NCBI GenBank assembly: GCA_976226885.1
Contig: OZ320314.1
Location: 80,910,001 to 80,974,000, forward strand
DNA length: 64,000 bases
Direction of reading: 5' to 3'
Source of the DNA: Iphione sp. A-MEVVRFRX5
Lineage: Eukaryota
Below the pieces are notes generated by a model. That model was not told the DNA's origin and searched no databases. It saw only the letters and a list, made by a program, of their open reading frames with translations. Position 1 is the stretch's first letter. Every line of letters begins with the position of its first letter. This document shows positions 1-13,800 of the stretch, piece by piece. The translations under genes and the position numbers were made by a program.

Positions 1-3000
1 AGCGCGTACATATGAATGTGTGCTCTTTTCTATTTATAGTTGTTGAATGCGTACCATCAGAAGTCCCTACTTTCGGATTTTCTACGTGTTATTGTATGGA
101 AGAACGTAGTTAGTGGCGTACACAGTGTGTATCTGAACTGCTCTTGTCAGACATGAAATAATGAGACTCTCCTTAAGAGGACATCTATATACAGTTCACA
201 GCTGACTTCGTCTGAATGACGGTTGTCACCCTGTGTATTAAAAAAGATAATATTTCCTTGATACGTCACTTGCGTCACCCTGCTGACTTGGTTAGTGGAA
301 TTGTCATTGTCTCGGTGCTAAATCAATATACAAATAAACTCCTTATTTGGCCTATATATTATGGATATAATACAAGATTATTTGCACACGTGCACAAGCC
401 ATTTCAAAGGACGTTTATAAGTTCATTTGCTTCTTTTGTTTCCGGCATACGTACATATAACGATATCTTTAAGCGTGCTCAACTACCAATATCCGCTGCC
501 TATAAATTCAACGTTGCTTTTAGCTATGGGCAACCCCCACTCCCTGATTCTTCACGTTGCTGGCACACCTGAGATCTTCAAGCCTTAGATTGGTCAGACC
601 GATCTAACTCGGGTTAGCCTGACCCTCGCCACTGCCGCGCCTCCTGTTGAAGAAGGAAATATGTATTTGAGTTGGCATCATGTTGACGCCTCTGTCACTA
701 ACCCCTCCCCCCCGCCCCCTCCCCACAGCTGGCGACCCCCTGCCCCGTCGGAAGCTGTCCTGGAAACTGGCGGGGTTGGATTCCGGTCGGACCGGCCATG
801 CAGCCGTCTCCGGTCATCCATGGCGGATGGGAGTGACACCATACAATTGTCTGATGGAGGAAGGGCGCTGGGAGTGGTGGTGGTGGGGCCGGGTCCATGG
901 TAAAAGACAGCAGCCTTGTATCTCTTTGTGTTCGGTCGGTAGACTTGTCTCATACTGTATACAATATATTTACCGTAACTCGAGGGTAACACGACAGCCG
1001 AAATGGCACCGGCAAACAGACCCGAGTACCTTCTTCCATTTCAAGTAGGTCCCACCAGGAGAATGTTCTACGGTTTTGTCGCCCCCCGGTGTCCAGATGA
1101 TAACTTAACTTGTCGGAGATTTCCTCGGGGCGGGGGGGGGGGGTTCTGGTAGAAGGGAATGGAGAGGCGCAGGGCTTCAGGGGGGTAAGATGTCTTCCAC
1201 CCCCACCTCCCACTCCCACTCGACACCCCTACCTCCAACTCGACTTCCAACCTTGTAAGGGGGAAAAGGTCAAAACAATGACAATGCTGTTGTGTGAGTC
1301 ATACGAGAAGAACGCAGTCCCCCAGTCAACATGGAACATGGTAAGGGGAATGGTGTAAGTTTTAGAGGAAGAACGGGGCAGAGGGTGGGGGTGGTGGTGG
1401 AGGTGGGGTGGGTGGTCCCAAAGTGTTCGTATAGCTCGCTCATCCTTGACATGATGTGTAAATGTTGTCGGGCCCGCCAGTCTTCACACCGAGCGCTTAT
1501 ATTGAAAAACTCTCTTGATGGGCAGTGGAAAAAGACCCAGCGCGCAAACAGCATGACCCCTTAGATCACTGGCTGCCATAAGACAATATTGTGTTTGCGT
1601 GGATATACGGATAAGAAAAAGGCCGCCCCTGTATAAAGTAAGCTGCATGCTTTAGAGGGCAATGTGGGAGCCTTAGGGGGGAGGAGCCCACTTTATATTT
1701 GCTCAGATGATTGTATTAACTAAACGTTCTGTTTGCGCATCTTTTTACCGTGTGTGCATAAAACCTGATTCCTTCATGGGGTGCCGCTCGACCGTAGAGG
1801 TATAGGAAAGAACCAATGGGGTGACGGTGCAAATTACAAATCTAAAATATTCCCGAGATGGGGAGATGGTATTAGACAGAGCGTCTTTGGATGTAGTTAT
1901 TATTGGGTGCTTGGAGAAAACATGATTCATGATACTTATATTTTGAACATACGTGTACCTGTATACAAGAACTGTGCAACTTTTCCCTTGTTTCGGGCCA
2001 AATCAAGTGGGTATCCCCTCCTCCAGTGCTGTTCGAATCCTATATATACTAGCCCTATGTGTTTATAGCAGTGCCGCTTATGCACGACCCGCGTGCTTGG
2101 ACAAGCAACCTGCATGTTGTAGAATGACTTCCCTCTCCCTATAACAGTAAAAGTAATCTCCTTTTCATGTTCAGAGTCCGTAGGCGGTGGTGGGAGATCT
2201 TAAGCCAACCGATTCACTGCCACATAACTGCTTTGCATCGAGACAGGCAGGTAGGGTAATACGACTATGGTGTGCAGGCTGATTGCTCCACGCCCACTGA
2301 ACCTCAAGCATCCTTCCGCCTTTTTAAAATGTTCATAGGCTCAACTTGAATTTTTTCAGTCTTAATATATTTGTTTGCGCTGTCATAACCCGTTACCGTA
2401 GCTTGTGGCCTCGGGGATTCCTTCTGCGTGGCACAGTGCCAAATGACACGGGATGTTTATAAGGAGTCAGAGACAACACCCCTTCAACTCACCCTCTTGA
2501 ATAAGTGTACTCTGTTTCATCCCTGATTTTCCTTCATGCTGTAGTGCTACATTACTTCGAGTTCAACCATTCCCTCTACTGACAATAAATGTTTACTTTC
2601 TCCGTGTGTGTATGTACATGCGTCCATTAATCTGTGACGACAAAAGATCGAGGACAGGAATTGGCTGTATAGTATTTTACTATTTCGTATTATTGGCATA
2701 CCCCATATCACAATGTTTTCCGCACTTCTGCTGGGCGACATGCTGAGTCTCCACTGTGCCTCAGGTATGATTGCAAACCTGAACCACAGGTGTGTGGGCG
2801 AATGGTAGACCAGTCCTACCGACCCCACCTCCCAACCCCCACCCGCACCCACAATCCCCCCACACACTACACCGCTGACAGTCTCCATGCAGACGTTCAC
2901 CCTACCCTCACCTTCCCTCGCCTTCCTTTCTCCCACCCGTCAGGCCCGCACTCCTGGCCGCTTTTCTGTCCATGCCCGCCACCCGCTGCGTCAGCGACTC

Positions 3001-3061
3001 GGTGGTCAGGAGGTGGGAGGGGTCTGTCGCGGCCATTGCGGCAGCAGCCTGCTGCAGCCGA

Positions 3062-3116
3062 CCAATCCGACGCCTGCTCGACCGCGTCCCCGGAACCGGA
3101 ATCCCGGAAGTGACGT
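3062..3116 (+). promoter_or_regulatory. CpG-rich promoter: CCAAT box plus ETS-CRE composite (CCGGAAGTGACGT)
   Basis: CCAAT at 3062-3066, further CCGGAA motifs nearby, and CCGGAAGTGACGT at 3104-3116, all inside a CpG-rich island. The ETS-CRE composite is a known promoter element. Confidence 0.5.
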
Positions 3117-4275
3117 TGTGGGGTCGCCACCATACCCGCACCCCCTCCCCTCCCCGCGCCCTGCTGCTGTCATCATGTGCCAGCCGCCGACGGCCCATCC
3201 GTCATTTAGTCAGCCACCAGTGAGGAGGGTGGGTGCACACTGTACATGTATGCGTGTGTGTAACACTGAGACGGGGCTGTCTTAGAAGATAGTGCGAGCG
3301 CCTACCGGACTGAAAACTACGGCTGCGATCGGCCCACCTGTTGCGTGTGGTTGTTCAAGCGGTATATAGGGGGAAAGCTGGTTGGTAACTTACAAGTAAT
3401 TGGTTACTGGATAGTACTTGACGAAGAAAACGTAGTTAGAAGGAAGAATACATGTACTTGGCTTTTTGTAGGCAGGACGGACACTTGTTGGATCGTCGAG
3501 TGGTCACCGGGACCCACAAACCCCGCGTCAGACACGCACGCTCGCTCGCACGCGCAGTCACTTGTTGAGACAACTGGTTGCGATCAAGGTTCGTGGGGGA
3601 GGCGTGCGTGCATGTGTGGCAGCAGGCCTGAGAGCGTGAGGCCTGAAGGCGTGAGCTGGTGCGTGCGTGCGTAGCCGTTTGCGCCGCGTTCAGGGCAGGT
3701 CGGCTGCCCTACAAACCCCCTCACTGTACGCGGTCGTGGACATTAGGACACGGGCTGGAGAGATCGCCAGCAGCGGCCTAGCGCCACTAGCACCGCGGTC
3801 GCCACTGTGAGCAGCAGCAGCACCGCCACCACAGCGGTGAACAAGCAGTCGTCAGCATCACCGCCTCCACCATCACCATCGCAGAAACAGCAGCAGGAGG
3901 AGCAGCAGCTGGAGCAGCCATTGGCAGCCAGCGCCACTCCCACCTTCACCAGTCAGGGTGCTCATCTCCAGCAGATCTCTAGGAGGGAGTCTGCCTGCCG
4001 TGCCGTCCCCCGATTTCTCTCCGCCTCTTTCCCTCGGCGGCTCCCGGCAGCCGCAGCATCCCCCAATTACTGCTTCAAAAGCCAAATACCTCGGACTCTA
4101 GGTAGATCTCACCTTTAAGGCGCCCGCCACCGTGCCTCCCTCCATCACCTCCGCCGCCGCCGCCACTGACGCCGCCGCCGCCGCTGCTACTACTACGATT
4201 ACTACACCTCCTACGCCATACTACTACGAGTTGTACGGAGCACATGGTCGGGCGGTCAGGACGGTGGGTTCACCA

Positions 4276-4404
4276 ATGAAGCCGATCATTCTCCAGCTAG
4301 GTGGCATCGCCTCGTCGTCAGTATCCCCTTCTTCCTCCACGCCCGCCACCTCCTCCACGGTTACGCAGCCGCCCGGCGCCGGCGACCAAGCCGTCGACCT
4401 CTCG
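4276..4404 (+). CDS. Putative first coding exon of the zinc-finger gene (MKPIILQLGGIASSSVSPSSSTPATSSTVTQPPGAGDQAVDLS)
   Basis: 43 codons from ATG 4276 to donor TCG|GTGGGT, phase 0, matching the phase-0 acceptor at 29400. GC-rich codon usage resembles the main exon, and it ends in a PxDLS-like motif (AVDLS). Confidence 0.45.
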
Positions 4405-7400
4405 GTGGGTAACAAGTATATAGTATACATGTACACTCAAACACACACAGTTTCTTGGTACTATTCGAGCATATGATGCACCACCGGTGTTATTATCTTC
4501 CCCAGATTCAGAAGTATATGTAGATGTGTTTCGACATAAACCACACCTATGATTTAAAGCAACATACGTGAACCGATAGGGCAAAACGACACGCCCATTG
4601 ATGTGAGTGATGGTAAGAATCGATGTGGTCTGTTTACATGACTGGGTATAGGGATATGCCTGGGCGTTTGATATTTGAGTACATTTATAGACCGATAATG
4701 AACCACACACCTGCACACACATTTAAATGTATGAACAAAAAAAATTATGTTCAAATGTACGGTGGCCTCAGTGCTTTCGTGAATATTCTGGGTCACGGGT
4801 GTGCCTGTGTATATATGACCATGTATGTGAATATCAGTATTTGGAATAGCAGTTGGAATATGTCAAATAAACTTCGTTACTTTACATTTTGTTGGATAAT
4901 GAAACCTAAGAAGCCAGACAGAAATAACTGGAATTAAACAAGTTTTTGTCCCCACTTAGCTCATCAACAAACATGAACTTTGTAACATCTCAAACACGTT
5001 GAATGTTACAGCCCTAAAAAATCCGTAATTTTCCTATGTGGCATGTCCTTGTTGGAATCACCGCTCTGTGCTTGACCTTTATACTCAGTAATAAGGTCAC
5101 AGTTTGAAAATGAAATCACTTGGCCAAGGCCCGAATACAGACGGCTTACATGATAGCTCTGTTCTGTTACAGGAAGTCTAACAAGGATCCTGATTGACTT
5201 CTGTCTTGCTACTCTAGTGTGGCCTAGATTCCTCTCTGAGTCGCACGCGTATAACGGACGTCGAGCATAATAACATGTATTTCTTACATCCTGGTAGTAT
5301 TTCCCATAATTTTGATGACTTTGCCGTGAGTTGCATGGGTTGTAGTTTGACGCTCTGCTAGTGTCAAGTTACTTCGTGACATGAGAATATCCATTATAAG
5401 GCTTGAATAAAGCCTGTTAGCCAAAATAACGTTAGAGTGCCCCAAGATATCGAATTTGTGGTGTTTATTCATACCGATATTGAAACCAGAACAATAGCCA
5501 CATACACGCGTGAATACAACCCAACCAAAGTGTCGACTTATATTTGGATAAACCATCACTCGACTGACACGGATATTCTAGATGGTTTGACGTTCTTTTA
5601 ATGCCTCTTATCTTATATTATCTAATCTTATCTAAAGCTCATTCAGTGAGTTTGGTTCATATTTTACCCTTAAACATACGGAGTTAGACCTGAACAGTCA
5701 AGAGTGACTCTCGTCATGAATCCAAATTCAGCCATGTCACATTCAAGTCATGCAGATCGTTAACCAGTGAAACCCTTGGATTCTTTTCTCCTGGATTTAC
5801 TCGAATGTAAGCCGTGTAATGTTACTCTGATCATCTCTATTCGTGATGCGATTTGGTACGAATGATATTTATCATTTTGCGTTTTTCTTGCTTGCAACAC
5901 TGAATGTTGACATCATCGGAAACTTGATGTTGACATAAACGCGTGCACTAGAAAAGGGTGTGAACGAGTATTTCTAAGTAAACATTTTATCGTTACTTAA
6001 TCGAGATCACATTTATTTTGCCTACAAATTTGACGCGGTTTTAACACTCGTATAATTTATTATCAGGACCCAGAATGTTGCGATAATATAAAGCTGTGCT
6101 CATCGCACCTAAATACCGGGGGGCGTACGCGAGACATAAGGAGTCAAAGACCAGCAAGGGGTGGAAGGATCAAAATGTTGAAGGTGTGGAAAGAAGGCGG
6201 AATCAATAACTATAGAGGATCCGAGACCAAGACGAGGTGAGGTCACCCAGAGCAAAAAGCAGACCCTATTTTGTATTCTGATAAAGACTTTACCTGCTGC
6301 CAAGTGCAGATACTGCTCCACCCCATTCTAGCCTATATACGTACTTGAAGTCGGGCCCATCTCTCCGATTTGGGCCATGTACCCAGTGCATGTAGGTTAA
6401 CTCCACCAATGTGCAACCTGTTGCATGCCTTACAGTATGTCCCACCATTCACAGATTGTCCCACATAATTATATTTTCACTGAAAATGCACGTTCACAAG
6501 CCTTTCTTTTGTCCTTTCTTTAATGTCTAGTTATTCTTCATCAGCACACCATTACGGCCAACGGTCATATCCACCTATTCTTTTTTATGTTAATAGGCGT
6601 ACACAAAGGTCTTTACTGTAAAATGCCCCTTATCTTTCGCTATTTGTGGGGACGTTGTCAAGGCGCAATGTGAATATGTTTACTTAGAGGGCATGTTGCC
6701 CCTGGCACCGATATATGGGCACGGTGAGGGACAGGTATGGGTGAGGGGAGAGAAGCACTGTTGTGGCCCCCTAGGGATTACCGTGATTAGGACGCCCGGT
6801 GTTCCCCTCCCGGCGGGGTCGACGCTGTGCCCCGGGTGACCCCATCGGGACTAAAACTCAGATCGCTGTTTTACTTCTGAACAGATTTCGAGATAAGATT
6901 TGGGGGATTTTTCCAAGGGGGTTTGACAGTTTTTTTACAAGTAGACCTCCCTTACGAGTGACATTTGTGATAGGGAATTTTTTTTTGGGGGGGAGGCGGG
7001 AAAGTTCTCGGTGCGGTGAAAGTTTTACTGGTCGTGATGCTAAATGTCAGTCCTGCAGGATGTTGGGATTGGGAAAGAGACAGAGGTATTTAAAGGTCAT
7101 TGCTAGGGTCACAGCCAGGTAGGTATTCTCAGTCCCAGGTAGGAATACTGTAATACAGAGAGCAGCAGCTACCACCTTGTGGCTATCTATAAGCCAGCCA
7201 AGGGCGCTCGGGGCTGGGAATAGGCATGAGCTGTATAATCATGCGAAGGGGGTTGCATATTTGCTCCAGTGTAGTTGGGCTCGATGGGTGACTGACAGTA
7301 GCCTGGATGGGGCGCGACCGCGGCCACGGACTGGTAGGAGGGGGTGGGGTGGAGGGCGGGGTGGTAGGGAGAAGGGCGAGAGGGTGGAGCCAGGCAGGCT

Positions 7401-7760
7401 ACAGGTGCTACTTTCGGAATAGGGCTGATAGGGTGGTAGGAGATAATAAAGGGAAGTGGTTGGCGATGGTGCTAGTCGGTTGCTAGCTGCAACAGACCCT
7501 CTGCTACAGTACAGTGCGAGCTGTTGGTAACCGACTGGAGCCCGAGACAAGAATCAACACCACTAGCCCCAGAAGATCGCGCGGGGTGTTTTCGGCCGGG
7601 TTGCTGGGAGTGATGAGAACTCAGGAAGCGAGCACCCCCATTTCAGCGTACATCCAGTTCCTGCCCTAAGTCACCCTCCCCCTCCCCTCCCTCCCTTAAC
7701 GGGGCCAACACCACCAACCCACCCACTGATCCATCTTGCGAGCTGCTGGTCGGCGCCCAG

Positions 7761-7847
7761 ATGGCGTCTTTTATAAACTCCAGTGCTGCCAGCGGGAGGG
7801 GCAGTAGAGGCGGCGCCATGGGCCCTGGTGAGGCAGACCCTGCAGGG
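7761..7847 (+). CDS. Candidate alternative first coding exon (MASFINSSAASGRGSRGGAMGPGEADPAG)
   Basis: ATG in CAGATGG context, 29 codons, strong donor GGG|GTAAGT in phase 0, inside a GC-rich island. Confidence 0.3.
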
Positions 7848-10800
7848 GTAAGTGTGAAACACATTGTACGTATATACATGTACAGCCCAGGCTTCGGCCC
7901 CAAGCCGATCCTAGAGCTGAAAGCTCATCTTCGTGCGGTCTGCTGTATAGAACGTATACACATGTCGGAGAGTAAAGCTCAGAGGACTTTCTAGCGCTTC
8001 CTCTGCACACTGAATGTAGGTAGGAAACCTAGTCTTAAACCAAAACCTAGTCCTAAAACCAAAGTCACGTTTTTGTTTGTTTATTACCCTGGTAAATAGG
8101 ATAAAAGTAGCCTTGGGGTATGGACGGGTTGTGTGGAGAATAAGACATTCCATAATTTCTTCGTGCGTGAATAGGGACGTTTGTGTGCGCATTTAAAGGC
8201 GATATTTTACCCATATCATTGGGGCGTGGCGGTCGCAACAACGTGGAGGTAGACACTGAGCGGCACTTGCTTTATAGATTTATAGATTTCCATGTCCAGG
8301 TAACCTATACATAATAAAATATCCACCTGGAAGTCGGGCAACGGGGCTAACACTCGGTTGCAAATGCATATAGCGTGTATTGGTCGCATGGGGGTCCATT
8401 TTATTCAGGGAGACTGTTTAGTATTCAACTTTCAGATCTCCCGATCCTTCATTCCTTGCTTTATTCTCCAGGTGGTGTAGCCCACATCAAATGTCATTTG
8501 TGTTGTGTGCGTTTTACTTAGTCCGAGGGAGGCCTGGGGGTCTAAGCGCAGGGGATGATCCATGGGCGTGCGACGTGTGCACCGCGGCCTGTACACATAA
8601 CCCGTATGGGTACGCATTGTTGTGTCCATTATGGGGGCTGCCAACGCCACCCCGCTTGCCGTATACATTATGAACTGGTTCTACACATTCCCGTCCCACT
8701 CTGCCTTTTCATTCTCTCTTATGCAACAAGGTCTACCTCTAACTCTGGCTGTCTATGCACCTTATAATATTTCTCGGCAGACCGCTCGACAACACAACAC
8801 GGGGGGAGGGGCATGCAAATGCATGACCGATAGCCGCCGACCACCACTAGCCATCGCCAGCAACAAGTAGTATATAGCATGGCACTTTGCCACATACACG
8901 CCACCAAACTCAGACAGGCCAAACGTGTGGGAGGCTGCTGCCGCTGCTGCCTCTTCCCCAGCTGCTGCATCTGCTGGTGCTCATCTGCTGCCACCATGGT
9001 CTCAGCCGCTCGGGGCTGTGGTGGCGGCCCCCGCCACTACGCGCCCTCACCTGCTACATTATGCACACTATTGGGGTGAAGGGGTGAGCGGCGCTGCAAC
9101 GACTGCAATTGCCGCTGCTACTAATGCAGCTGTTACTTGCACTAGGATTCAGTACCTGTGTTTCCTTCTTTTTATAGTTAAACATTTTTTTCCATAGAAA
9201 TAATCGTTACTATTTCACACACTCTTTTTATGGATATATGTGTACTCATGCACATGTATATATGTATAGGCAGATTTCCCAACCAGTAAATGCTGCAGGA
9301 AAATGCACGGCTTACTTCAATGTTACTTGGATTCTTTCTTTCTCATGCAACCCATTGCTACTATATAACTGGAATGTAAAACTGCTGCCTAGTATGGTTC
9401 CCGACTAACCTGGAGAAGATGAGTCAGACACAAAGTAACATCTTATTGCTTACCCCCTTTGCAGACATCACCCGCACCCACATCTCACCCACAGGTTCTT
9501 CTATCAACAGTTTGAGATCGCCTCAATAAAATCGTTGTTTCTAGGGTCCCTGTAGGGTACAGTGTCTGTAAAATTGGTTTTGAGATCCGGCTGGCACATG
9601 CCCTCAAATGTGCTCAATAAAGATGGAGTTCAGTATGGAGCATTCTTACATGCAACTACATTTTGCATTCATTTCGTCCCCCGCCACACCTACTTCACCT
9701 ACTTTCGCCTGCTTTAAGACCTATTGAAACAGATGTTCTGCCTGCTTTTAGCCTAACAGTAGACTCTACGGCAAATGAGGCCGTGGTAAGTTGGAAGGCT
9801 ATGGAGAGATCCGCCAATGCATGGTTATCAGCATATTGTTCTCACAAACAGTGTGATTTGTGCAAATGAAGGGCATTGGAACTGGTTTTTGCCTGGTGCC
9901 CTCACCACACCATCAACCCTCGCCATCTCACCCCTCCCTCCCGCCTTGCCTCCCTCCCACCCACGCCTGCAGCCTTGGACACCGCCATTGCTGTTGTCAC
10001 CCCAGCAGCCGCCCAGAAGCAGCATCAGCAGCAACAGCACCACCAGCAACCACAAGAGAATACTAAGACTCACACAATCACACAGATCGAGTCACACACA
10101 GGCACACTGACCCAAACCTAATGCTCACACACAGATGCGCGTGCCGAAAGCCGGCATTATCATTATGGCAAAATGTACCCTTGGCTCCTTCAGTGCGTCT
10201 GTCCTCCCTGTGGCCCGGCACACAGCTACTCATGTGCAATTCCCTCGCATCAACCCCGTCCTCTTTCTTGCTCACACTCGTGACACGGCTGCCTCGACCC
10301 GCCCCCCCTCCCGCTCTCCATTTCTTTGTTCGGGAATACGAACACCGGTTATGCTAGATTTCCAACCCTTTTTTATTGAGATAACAAGAATATCTATCAC
10401 ACTCCAGACACCCATCTTCAAGGCCATATAATCTACATGTATATACCTTCTACTACGTTTGAGCAGATTGAAACGGGCTCGTTACTAGCCCCGTTCACCG
10501 ACGACATTGCAAACCCTACTGTCCATTCTGCCTGCTTGCTTGCCTGCCCGTCTTGCTGCCTGCCACCCTGAGCTGAAGGCCTGCAGCAAGCGCCAGGAGG
10601 AATAGTGATCCTTAGGGGTGAAGGAGGAGGAGTAGAAGGAAACGGGAGGTTGGGGGTTGGGGTGCACACGATGCTGCTCCTCCCTGCCCTGGAGAGCACG
10701 CGGCCTTGGGTGAAGTAGTAAGGTGGGAGGGGGTTTGCAGGAAAGGTAGGGCATAAGTGGAGGGGGGAAAGGGGGAGGTTTGACAGAGTGCTGGGAAAGA

Positions 10801-13800
10801 GGGTTGGGGTGGGAGGGAAAAGACGACAGCACAGCCTTCCTCCTAGGTCCAACGCTGTACAGGTCAACCACCACCACCTGATACTTATCCCCCACACGCC
10901 TACCTTACTCTCCATCTACATCAACTCCCGTTACCATGGCAATGAAAGAAAAGCCGACCGGGCAAGGTGGGTGAGCTAAGGTGAGGAGGGATAATGTGAA
11001 AGTCCACAGCATTCGGCGTGGGGATGGGTGGTTAGGAAGGGTTAGGATAGTGGAACAGCCTAATATACACTAAATTTAGAGCAGTCATATCTCCCTTAGC
11101 CCTCATGATCATTAACACCACAAACTGGCCGATTTCTTGACACGTGAATTAAATATATTCAGAAAATGAGCAGCAGCTGGTTAGAAAAGACGTGATTAGG
11201 TGCCACAATACTCATGTTCCGCAGAATAAAGTCGCTATACTTGAAATATATGCATAAATATCTTTGCAATTTTGTGTTCAATACTTGAGCGTTTTTATTC
11301 TATTATTCTCTTGATAAATATATGTGGCCCTTCCTGTTCACAATAGGTATATACCAACGACTATTTATACAGTAATGCACTGACCGTATCCTGTCTTGCA
11401 TAGTACGAGTATTTATTGTTGGCATACGCGTACTTGCAAAGCTCAGCGGTAAGCCTTCTGCCTTTATATAAATAACGTGATAGGCGTCTACATAGTAATA
11501 ATCAGAGATTACCTGTTACTTTACCGCTTCATATGCATGGACTTCTTCCGCGTGCGGCAGAAAATGTTGCATATTGCAGCCTGGCAGGCTACATGTGTGC
11601 CGTCCTTCCTGTTTCTGCGCATGTAATTTCAGAACTTCAATGCAAGCTACCTTTTAATCGGTTGTCCTTCAGTACCATTCTATTTCAAAACTTTAGATAT
11701 TTCACCTCTTCGATAGGATTTGCTTTTCTTTCAAATAGAGAGAGATACAGGGAGGGGGACAGACAAGGACAGAAACAGACAGTAGAGAGTTAAGTGTAGT
11801 GGTAATTATGAGCGCGATACACCTGTGGGTGTCAGAACGCTGCGTGACGCGGGTGTGTGTAACCGCTTCTCGTGTGGTACTCTTTCTTCTGTCCCCACTC
11901 TGTGCTCCTGTCACTAGTCATACTGGGCATTCAAAATGTGACCGCGTAGACTTGATCGTGTCTCTCTTGTACATTCGACTCGTTCAAAAGACAATACATT
12001 TCTGAGCTCAGATAGGCGTCACACTCGCGTTTTCTCTGCTTTCTCGATTTTCAAGCGCAGGTAATGGTATATGCACATCCTCCTTGTGATTAGCACAAAT
12101 TTCGCCCTTTTGTAACCAAAGTTTCTGTGCGAATAGCGTTGTCGTCGTAGATATATACCAGACAATATGACAATCGTGGGCGGGGCTCTGCTTTGCAACC
12201 CGATAGGTAGCGCTGGTGGCGCCCATGTGCGGTCTAACTCGAGTACTAGCGACCAGGGTGTGAAGTCCAAGTGTGAACTGATGCTGAAGCCACGCGATGC
12301 TGGTCACCTCGTCTCGTGGGCCGGCGGAGCGGCCGTCTAGCTGACAGGTGGTCACTTTCTGGGTGGTTGTTCGGGAAGAAATGTCAGGAGTGCAGTTCAT
12401 ATGTACCCGACAGGCGTGAGTCGAACTGCTGAAAGAAATTCAGATAGGACAATTGAGGCAGTCTTTAGGAGCCAGCAAAAATGTTTAAGGGCAGTTTACG
12501 ATCTAGGCCTACGATCTGTCAATTATAATGTCAGTACGTATCGTTGTCTTTTATTTGGAACAGTATTCTTTCCCAAAAGAAATGATCTGCTGAGGAAGAA
12601 ATTTTGGGTGAGAGACACGGGTGACACGTTTCCTTCAATCATTTGCTTTGCTTTTGATTTCTATGGTGAGGTCTCTGCGTGAAAGTTGAGGCCGGTAGTG
12701 GAGAGTCGTTCCGAAAGCACTCCTCCACCCGTATCGCAAGCCACTCAAGTCGGCTCTTCCCCCACCCCCACAAACCGTGCCGAGATCTTTGTGTACTGTC
12801 TGTCTACCATTGCTGCAGCTCCTAATGTCCCTCCCACTCCGCTACGACGCCATGGCTAGCACTGTCTTCCTCCTCCTTCTCTTTAAGCAGAAATCGCGAG
12901 ACGACATTATGGGGGTGGTAGTTGGGTGGGGCAGCGAGTGGGTTGCCCGTGGAGGGTGCTAGGATTGGGAAGGATCTAAAGAACTGACGGACGCGAAATG
13001 AGTTCTGAAAACGAGGAAGGTGTCCTAGCCTGGGGCTGGGGGAGGAGACACAGGGTTCCTTAAGCACCATAGTATAAACTGCAGCACGCCCTCGGTGTTT
13101 TTCAAATGGTTGACATGGATAGAACGAAGGACACACCCACTGTGGAAAATGGTGGCTTCTACATTGTATGATCAGTAGAAATCACATTCACACGACCATT
13201 AGTATTCCACGCAATACTCAAAAGACCTGTGTATATTAGCACATGTAAAACCATTTTCTATATACAATATATTTTTTTAAAATAATTAACAAAGCTACTG
13301 TACGTACATCATACACTCGTCTAGCTTAAAGTACCAGCACGGCATTAATGACGTATCTCGGACTCGTACCCTAGGTGAACATCCCGCAAGCTAGTCACGG
13401 TTTTAACAGTCGATGGCGGTAGAGGCCATTGTGAAAGGCCTCTACCTTCTACCTGTTGCTCTAGCGTGTCTAACCTGTTGCCACAGTGAAAAACGAGGGC
13501 CAGCAAGATGGAAACAACCACAGACGGTGGAAGGGAGGGAGGAGGAGGCGAGCGGGTGGACGATTGCTCACACCCTTCACTCAGATGCAGATTAGGCAGT
13601 AGCGGCGGCCATGTTGTGTTGCTTTGACAACGCATCAAGACCGCCTGCCATGGCGACTTGCGCCGGATCCCCTTCCGGACGCTCATGGTTGGCATGGCAA
13701 CGGGCAATCTCAGCTCCGCTGGGGCTTGCAGGTGATTAGACAATGCCGTAGCGGGCGGTCGCGATCAGGAGCACGTGCATCATCGCACCTGAGAAGTGGG

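Noticed and set aside
2031-2040. GTTCGAATCC B-box-like motif
   Set aside because: No A-box or tRNA stems around it.
9370-9384. TGGAATGTAAA matching the 5' end of miR-1
   Set aside because: The match stops after 11 nt and no precursor hairpin is evident.
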